64,000 bases of DNA from positions 1,453 through 65,452 of the forward strand of contig CAIJKW010000018.1 in assembly GCA_903821355.1 (NCBI GenBank), read 5' to 3'. This document shows, piece after piece, positions 57,569 through 64,000 of the stretch. The stretch comes from an uncultured bacterium (GTDB lineage Bacteria > Patescibacteriota > Minisyncoccia > Phycocordibacterales > CAIZLB01). Numbering within the stretch: the first letter of the stretch is position 1; each line of letters begins with the position of its first letter. The translations under genes and the position numbers were made by a program. The notes under the pieces were generated by a model that ran no database searches, was not told the origin of the DNA, and saw only the letters and a list, made by a program, of their open reading frames with translations.

Positions 57569-58844
57569 ACAAATTAAGACAATTTTAAAGAAAAAACTTG
57601 ATGACCTTGCCTCTTATGGTGAGATTGGCGCAGAGACACGTCGTAATGCACTTAAAGAAGACTTGCAGTTTTATGTTCTCAATTTTATCTATCATCATCC
57701 AGAATACAATAAATGGATTATGTATGGTGGTTCTGCACTCCGTATCGTTCATGGTCTTGATAGAATGTCGGTTGATTTAGATTTTGAAATTTTTCATTCA
57801 ATAACAGATAAATTTTTAGAAGAATTTAAGAAAGAAATTGAAGACCATTTTACAAATACATATGGCGCTGGAGCAGACTTTCTTAATATTAAAATAACCA
57901 CCGGTAGAGGATTGATTCTAAAATTCTATGTTGGCGATGAGTTAAGTTTTGGACATCCTTCAAAACAGGTTCATATAAAAATTGATCTAAATCATTTTGT
58001 AGCGCCTAAAATTGTGACTGAACGTAGACCAATAAATCAGGATCAGCTTTCTTTTGTTATTCTAACTTATAACATGTCGGCTCTTATGGCGAGCAAGCTT
58101 GCCGCCATCTTTCTAAGAGGGACTCGGGGTATTGGTTCTGCTATATATGAGGAAAAAGGGCGTGATATATATGACCTTCTCTGGTACATGAATAAAAAGA
58201 TTGTGCCTGACTTAGATTATCTAGTAGCTAAAGGAATTGACGTAAAGGATCCTCGGATGATCTTTGATAAACTTACAATTCAGATGAGTAAAGTTAGCGA
58301 TGAAAATCTCAAACAGGATCTTCTACCTCTATTTGTCAACAGGGGTTTTATTGAGAGTTGGCTTAAAAATTGGCGTGAAAGTTATTTTAGACTTCTTAAC
58401 GATTATAAAATTCGTACAGTAGCAGGATTAGAAAAAATCGGAATTTATCAGGATTTTTCCTCAGGTAACTTTTCTTTTGTTTATTGGTACAAAACAGAGA
58501 ATGGTGAATTAATTAGAGTTTACTACACTATAAGTGACTACTGGATTGATCTTGCTGAAGGTAATTTGCTAATTGAATCAGATTCAGAATTGGAAAATAA
58601 GATGGAATTTGGTAATAATGCTGGAAGTGGTCGTACATCTTTACAAGATAAGATTAAGCAATATGCAACTTTATTTTATCAGAAAACGGAAAGATACTTA
58701 AAGAAGACGAATAGAATTATGCTTGGAGACAATGTTATTACTAAGGTGATTCGCATGACAGCTGACGGTTTAAATCAGAAAGAACAGATTGTACTTAATA
58801 AATCAGCCCTATTTTCATGTGAGTTAGATGATCTATTGAAGTAA
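57561..58844 (+). CDS. type IV TA toxin AbiEii-like nucleotidyltransferase with C-terminal extension
   Basis: YGGSALRIVHGLDRMSVDLDF, MASKLAAI, KGRDIYDLLWY. Confidence 0.9.
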   Translation: MSKQIKTILKKKLDDLASYGEIGAETRRNALKEDLQFYVLNFIYHHPEYNKWIMYGGSALRIVHGLDRMSVDLDFEIFHSITDKFLEEFKKEIEDHFTNTYGAGADFLNIKITTGRGLILKFYVGDELSFGHPSKQVHIKIDLNHFVAPKIVTERRPINQDQLSFVILTYNMSALMASKLAAIFLRGTRGIGSAIYEEKGRDIYDLLWYMNKKIVPDLDYLVAKGIDVKDPRMIFDKLTIQMSKVSDENLKQDLLPLFVNRGFIESWLKNWRESYFRLLNDYKIRTVAGLEKIGIYQDFSSGNFSFVYWYKTENGELIRVYYTISDYWIDLAEGNLLIESDSELENKMEFGNNAGSGRTSLQDKIKQYATLFYQKTERYLKKTNRIMLGDNVITKVIRMTADGLNQKEQIVLNKSALFSCELDDLLK

Positions 58845-58914
58845 AGCAAATCTTTGATTTTTCTTTAGAAATTCTTTATAGAAACTTCATATCTTTTTTC
58901 TATGATGTGAGGAT

Positions 58915-61900
58915 ATGAATAAAAGATATAATATATTGGCTAAATTAGTTTTTCTAATTTTCTTGATTTTAATAATAATTGGGATTATTTTTGGTAATTT
59001 TGGTAATAAAAAAGTTATTGCCTCAGATCTGCCACCTGGCGTTTCTTGTGGGGGAGTAATCAAACAAATTAGGTATATCAGTACACCAATTACAATACAG
59101 AGTAATCAATTTTGGTCAGCTGATTTTGATTATGAAATAACCGCTCAAGTCACAATACTAGCAAGCACCTCTTTAAGTATTGAAAATGGTGCAAGTATAT
59201 CAATAAGTAATAATGCATATTTTGATATTGAGGGTGGTGTTTTGAATATCGGGTTTGCAACAGGTACATCTGGCGTGTCCACAACTTCTGTACCCGCACC
59301 ATCTGCATCAACTGATTTTTTGTCTGATATTAATTCAGTGAGCAATTCTTTAAGCGGTGGTTTGATGGATCTTTTTGCGGTGGACAATGTTTTTGATTCA
59401 ACACAATACAAATCACAGCCAACACTTAACTCTCAGATTAATATTTCTGGAGTTGGCTATAATAACATCTTCAATATTAATAATGGCGGAGTAGTTAATA
59501 TCAGAAAAACAAATATTGAGGGGTGGAAAAATTCAATCGTTTCAGGCGATGGAACTGCTACGAGTGGATATAATGATCTAGAAAGAACACTTTTTGGTGT
59601 ATATAGAAAATCAAAACTGAATATTTTTGAAACAAATATTAATAATGTTGAGGTCAAAGGAACTCAGGCTTTTTATGCCTATGATAACAGTCAAATTATT
59701 TTATATAGAAGTAACGTAAATGGATTTGCAGGAAATGAGTTTTCAAATATATTCAAAAGCTCAAGCCTAAATATCTTTAGGACAAAAATAACTGATGCTA
59801 GGGTAAATAATGGGGTAGGTGTTTATTCAAAAAGCATCTTAAATTTTCAGAAATCCTCAATATCTGCTAATCCTTTAGTTTTGGCTAGTTCTGGTTCAGG
59901 AACGTGTTTCTCTGGTTATAGCGGCACAACAGTTAATGTTTTAAATTCTGACATTGGTCCATGTTTTAAGGCTTTTAATTTTAGTGGAACAGGCAACTTT
60001 AAAGTTAATCAAAATAATTTTTCTGGCAACGGAGATGTCGTTTTGAATTTTAGCCCATACGTTGATTTCAAAAATAATTGGTGGGGAAGAAGTGATGGTC
60101 CAAGACCTTTGGATTTATCAAGCTTAGATCCTGATGGTAATTATTCTAACGATGATTATATAAAGGCAATTAAGAACCAAAATGCTGTAGAGGATTATTC
60201 AAACGGTGTGGTATCTGTTCCTTTTTCGCCCACTCCTTTTAGAGAAGCAGTTCCATGTTGCTCTTCAGTCTTGTTTATTCCAGGAATTCAGTCTAGCCGG
60301 CTTTACAAAAGAGGTTTGTTTGGAACAGAAAATCAACTATGGGAGCCAAATAGAAATAAGGATGCAGAGTCTTTGTTTTTAAATTCAAGCGGTCAGACCA
60401 AAGACTCGTCAATTTATACCAGAGATATTATCGCAAAGACTAATTTTTTTGGACCAATTGGCGCTATCGATATTTATCAAAGTCTCATTGATTTTTTCGC
60501 CAAAGAAAAATCTGATAAAAATATTAACGATTTTCAAACCCTCGCCTACGACTGGCGAATGCTCCCTTCTAATATTCTATCCTCTGGAATCAAGACTGAT
60601 TCTTATACTGTGATGTTGAAAGATAAGATTAAGGAGATGGCAAAGGCGGCTCCATCTGGAAAGGTTATTATTGTTGCGCATAGCTATGGCGGTCTTTTGG
60701 CAAAATCATTAATGGAAGATCTTGAGAAAGAAGGTCAAGATGACTTGATTGAATCTGTTGCTCTTGTTTCTGTCCCTGAATACGGTACACCGCAAGCTAT
60801 TCCATCACTTTTCTATGGAGATAATGAAGATTTGCTTGGAGGTTTGATATTAAGTAAATCGACGGCGATTTCTTTGGGTAAAAACATGTTATCAGCACAT
60901 TTGCTTTTGCCATCATCGTCATATTTTACGGAATCTTATGGAGTGCAAGATGGAAGCCAGGCTGGTGCGCAGACTGGAGGACAGACTGGATCGCAGGTTG
61001 GATCGCAGGCCTTGAAAAATATAATAAGTTTTGACAATTGGGTTTCTTCTAAATACAAACTAGGTCTAACAAAAATTGACTCTTATTCAGAGACGGCAGA
61101 TTTTTTGAAAAATAAGAATATTGTTTCATCTAGTGGTATAAATTCTTCCTTATATGACAGAGCTGAAACGGAGCATGATTTGATAGATAATTATTCTGCT
61201 AATTTATCAGCAAAAACTTATTCAATTGTTGCTGTTGGCATACCAACGCTCTCTAGTATGACCTATGTAAAACCAAAATGTAGGGGCTTTTTCTTCTGCT
61301 CATCAAGCAATACCAGCTTGCCAGATTTTACTAGAAAGTATTCTTTAATGGGCGATGGTGTTGTCATCGCACATAATCTTGGCAGAAGGACGGGGTCTGT
61401 CTTTACTGTTGATATCGGAAAAGAAAATGAGATTAAAAAGACAGCTCCGGTATATTTTAGAGAAGATCCAATTAGTCACAAAGATGTATTCAGATCTTCT
61501 GGTGTTAAGGACGTATTGCACGCAATATTGAGTCGGTCAAAAAAGGAATCAGAAATGGTCAATTCTTTTGGCTTACTTTCAAACCCTTATGTTTCTTACG
61601 TTTCCGGTTCGCTTTCCAAGCCTGGTCCAATTCTTGGGGCTTATGGAAATTCTTCAATCTTCTCTGGAATATCCAAGATTGCAGAAGATGCTGCGGACTC
61701 TGATTTTATGCAGAGATTTAATAACAGCAAGATGTTTACCATAGAAGCATATGGTCCCATAATTTTAAAAACAAATTATCAAAACATTAGCGATTTGCAG
61801 AACAAGCCGTTTGACCAACTGAATTTAGAAAATAGGATTGTCAATTACACTAAATATTCTGATAGTAATAGGGTTGGTGTCGTGTCGGCTGTATATAGTG

Positions 61901-62610
61901 GCACTAATAGCGGCACTAGTGGAGTTGGTACAAATATCTTTGGGCAGGGAAGCGGGGTTGGTACTGTGCAGATTGTGACGAAAATCGATAATAAAGAAGT
62001 TATTTATCCAAATACTTCAATTACTCCTTCAACTGTCGTTGGTGTTGATTCTTCCACAACGACTATTGCCATAGATAATAACGGCGATGGTACGGCTGAT
62101 AAAATAATCAAACCGCTTCAAATAAATGATGGGACATCGACTGATTCCATGAACGCGTCTACTAGTTCAGAATCTATAGACGATCTTTTTGTGAAAGCAA
62201 AAGTAAGAATACAAAAATTTGTAAGTGGAGGAGGGACAACTGGAACTGCTGGAATTTCAACACCTGTGAGTGCACCCTTTGCAACATCGTCAGTCTATTT
62301 GGCAAATAAGTATATAGAAAAGTTGGATGTTGCACAGAGAAGATATCAAAAGTTTGGCGTGTTTCAGTCTTTGAATCAATTGAAATCTTTCTACGGCACA
62401 ATGGAGTCAAACATGAACGTAATTTCTAATCTGATTATTACCTATAACAAGGAACAGGGTTTTTATGTTTTAAATAACTTTTTGGAAACCAATAAAAAGG
62501 TTCTATTTCTAAACCAACGTCAAAAAGAAATTAGAGAAGAAATTCTTGTCTACTTGGAAATTCACGATGCTTTTGCCGAGCTGATGCAAAAGATGGGAGA
62601 GGGTCTATAA
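58915..62610 (+). CDS. large membrane-anchored/secreted protein: beta-helix-like region + alpha/beta-hydrolase (LCAT/PGAP1-like) + C-terminal domains
   Basis: N-terminal TM; NNWWG..DGP; VLFIPGIQSSRL, AYDWR, VAHSYGGL, GDGVV. Confidence 0.8.
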   Translation: MNKRYNILAKLVFLIFLILIIIGIIFGNFGNKKVIASDLPPGVSCGGVIKQIRYISTPITIQSNQFWSADFDYEITAQVTILASTSLSIENGASISISNNAYFDIEGGVLNIGFATGTSGVSTTSVPAPSASTDFLSDINSVSNSLSGGLMDLFAVDNVFDSTQYKSQPTLNSQINISGVGYNNIFNINNGGVVNIRKTNIEGWKNSIVSGDGTATSGYNDLERTLFGVYRKSKLNIFETNINNVEVKGTQAFYAYDNSQIILYRSNVNGFAGNEFSNIFKSSSLNIFRTKITDARVNNGVGVYSKSILNFQKSSISANPLVLASSGSGTCFSGYSGTTVNVLNSDIGPCFKAFNFSGTGNFKVNQNNFSGNGDVVLNFSPYVDFKNNWWGRSDGPRPLDLSSLDPDGNYSNDDYIKAIKNQNAVEDYSNGVVSVPFSPTPFREAVPCCSSVLFIPGIQSSRLYKRGLFGTENQLWEPNRNKDAESLFLNSSGQTKDSSIYTRDIIAKTNFFGPIGAIDIYQSLIDFFAKEKSDKNINDFQTLAYDWRMLPSNILSSGIKTDSYTVMLKDKIKEMAKAAPSGKVIIVAHSYGGLLAKSLMEDLEKEGQDDLIESVALVSVPEYGTPQAIPSLFYGDNEDLLGGLILSKSTAISLGKNMLSAHLLLPSSSYFTESYGVQDGSQAGAQTGGQTGSQVGSQALKNIISFDNWVSSKYKLGLTKIDSYSETADFLKNKNIVSSSGINSSLYDRAETEHDLIDNYSANLSAKTYSIVAVGIPTLSSMTYVKPKCRGFFFCSSSNTSLPDFTRKYSLMGDGVVIAHNLGRRTGSVFTVDIGKENEIKKTAPVYFREDPISHKDVFRSSGVKDVLHAILSRSKKESEMVNSFGLLSNPYVSYVSGSLSKPGPILGAYGNSSIFSGISKIAEDAADSDFMQRFNNSKMFTIEAYGPIILKTNYQNISDLQNKPFDQLNLENRIVNYTKYSDSNRVGVVSAVYSGTNSGTSGVGTNIFGQGSGVGTVQIVTKIDNKEVIYPNTSITPSTVVGVDSSTTTIAIDNNGDGTADKIIKPLQINDGTSTDSMNASTSSESIDDLFVKAKVRIQKFVSGGGTTGTAGISTPVSAPFATSSVYLANKYIEKLDVAQRRYQKFGVFQSLNQLKSFYGTMESNMNVISNLIITYNKEQGFYVLNNFLETNKKVLFLNQRQKEIREEILVYLEIHDAFAELMQKMGEGL

Positions 62611-62681
62611 AGGGTCATGCAGGAGGTAAATAGCAAAAACAAACTTGCCTTTTTCTCTGCCGTGATGTAATATCTTGCCTA

Positions 62682-62799
62682 AGACTTCAGATACCATAGG
62701 TGGCGTGATATATCGATATATTAAGCTATAAAATCCTGTGCAGAGGTTGAGAAACAGGACTTACGTTCTATTTTTCAAATACTCCTAAAACTGAAGTCC
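62682..62799 (+). promoter_or_regulatory. L10 leader (ribosomal protein autoregulatory RNA)
   Basis: gacttcag...ctgaagtc closing stem with cataggtgg...ttaa...cctgtgcagagg core, upstream of rplJ. Confidence 0.65.
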
Positions 62800-62924
62800 A
62801 ATGCCAAAAGCGTTGGATTTCTGTTTTTTAGTCAAAGTCTTGGATTCGGCAGGTCTGGCAGGTTTTAAGGTCGAGCGGTTAATCGGTTTCAAATTACAAA
62901 ATAAAACGCATTGCGTTCATTGAT

Positions 62925-63419
62925 ATGCCTATACAAAGAGCAAAAAAAGAAGAAATAGTTTCAAAGGTTAAGGAGATTCTTGATTCCCAAAAAAGCTTGG
63001 TGTTTGTGAATTTTCACAAATTGCCAGTTATTGAAACAGGAGAGGTAAGACGTGAACTTAGAGCTCATGAGCTTGGATACTATGTAGCAAAAAAGACCCT
63101 CGTAAAAAAGGCTCTTGCTGACGCAGGTATTAAGGGTGAGCAACCATCATTTGATGGCGAGCTAGCACTAGTTTATGGTAAAGATCTTTTGGCACCAGCC
63201 AGAGAAATTTATGCCTTTCAGAAAAAGATGGATAAAAGAGTTTCAATCTTGGGTGGTATCTTTGATGGAGAATACAAAAACAAGGAAGAGATGGAGTCAA
63301 TTGCTACCATCCCTTCAAAAGAAGGTCTATTGTCTATGTTCCTCAACGTTATCAACTCTCCAATTCAAGGTTTTGTTGTCGCAATAAATGCTATAGCAGA
63401 AAAGAAGGAGTCAAATTAA
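62925..63419 (+). CDS. rplJ: 50S ribosomal protein L10
   Basis: KKEEIV, VRRELR, VAKKTL, ILGGIFDG, IPSKEGLLSM. Confidence 0.96.
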   Translation: MPIQRAKKEEIVSKVKEILDSQKSLVFVNFHKLPVIETGEVRRELRAHELGYYVAKKTLVKKALADAGIKGEQPSFDGELALVYGKDLLAPAREIYAFQKKMDKRVSILGGIFDGEYKNKEEMESIATIPSKEGLLSMFLNVINSPIQGFVVAINAIAEKKESN

Positions 63420-63466
63420 ATCGCAGAGATTAAAGTTAAAAATTAAAAGTAATTAAAATAAATATT

Positions 63467-63973
63467 ATGGACGAATTAAATACAACAGGAGCTGACGTTA
63501 CAACTGATGTTGCAACAGAAGAAGTTGCCGTAGAGGCAGAGCCTAAGGCAGAAGCTAAGGTTGAGGCGAAAGCTGAAGCTAAGGCAGAAGTAGCAGAGAA
63601 AGTAGAGACACCTGCACATTTTAAAGCTATTGTTGATTCAATAGAAAAAATGACAGTTCTAGAACTTCACGAGCTTGTGAAATTCCTAGAGAAGAAGTTT
63701 GGAGTATCAGCTGCAGCAGTTGCTGTTGCTGGTCCTGCAGCTGGTCCTGCAGCTGAAGAGAAGACATCTTTTGATGTTAATCTAAAGGATGCTGGAGCAA
63801 ACAAGATTTCTATTATTAAGGTTGTTAAGGAAGTTCTAGGACTTGGCCTAAAAGAGGCAAAGGATCTAGTTGACGCTGCTCCTTCAACTCTTAAGTCTGG
63901 AATGAAGAAAGAGGATGCTGAGGCTCTTAAGAAGCAAGTAGAAGAGGCTGGTGGAACTGTAGAGCTTAAATAA
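63467..63973 (+). CDS. rplL: 50S ribosomal protein L7/L12 with N-terminal extension
   Basis: [50 protein letters not shown]. Confidence 0.97.
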   Translation: MDELNTTGADVTTDVATEEVAVEAEPKAEAKVEAKAEAKAEVAEKVETPAHFKAIVDSIEKMTVLELHELVKFLEKKFGVSAAAVAVAGPAAGPAAEEKTSFDVNLKDAGANKISIIKVVKEVLGLGLKEAKDLVDAAPSTLKSGMKKEDAEALKKQVEEAGGTVELK

Positions 63974-64000
63974 GCCACAAAAGCTAAACAAAAGCCTACA

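Noticed and set aside
1-64000. Alternative genetic code (UGA=Gly) as in Gracilibacteria/SR1
   Set aside because: Conserved genes are full length under code 11, and TGA ends genes at natural C-termini (6418, 31031, 37402).

Overview
AT-rich, gene-dense bacterial chromosome segment that looks like a Patescibacteria/CPR (probably Parcubacteria) genome. This is an inference from: housekeeping and translation genes with almost no metabolism, a pilMNO cluster, alpha2-type GlyRS, rplK with no adjacent rplA, tRNA-Arg(GCG), and many apparently leaderless promoters. It holds about 55 CDS and 7 tRNAs (Lys-TTT, Arg-GCG, Ser-TGA, Arg-TCT, Val-TAC, Leu-GAG, His-GTG). The CDS include tsaE, polA, holA, mutM, ruvA, rpsT, pilMNO, rplS, uppP, secE-nusG-rplK, clpP, argS, ileS, recO, glyQS, metG, tatD, rpsF-ssb-rpsR, efp, recA, ftsK, an AbiE pair and rplJ-rplL. 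The leading novel candidate is an orphan PemK/MazF toxin (46970-47344) facing a convergent, separately promoted and terminated, multi-hairpin ~155-nt non-coding RNA, which could be an RNA antitoxin. Other highlights: a second structured ncRNA candidate with a very similar promoter upstream of AbiE; a dispersed GTAG-type REP-like repeat family; an HTH gene next to ftsK embedded in about 11 copies of AARGACA; a RuvX-Trbp fusion; IleRS with an inserted histidine-phosphatase domain; and a ~410-nt structured leader on a putative S-layer gene. All calls are by eye; no database search or folding program was run.
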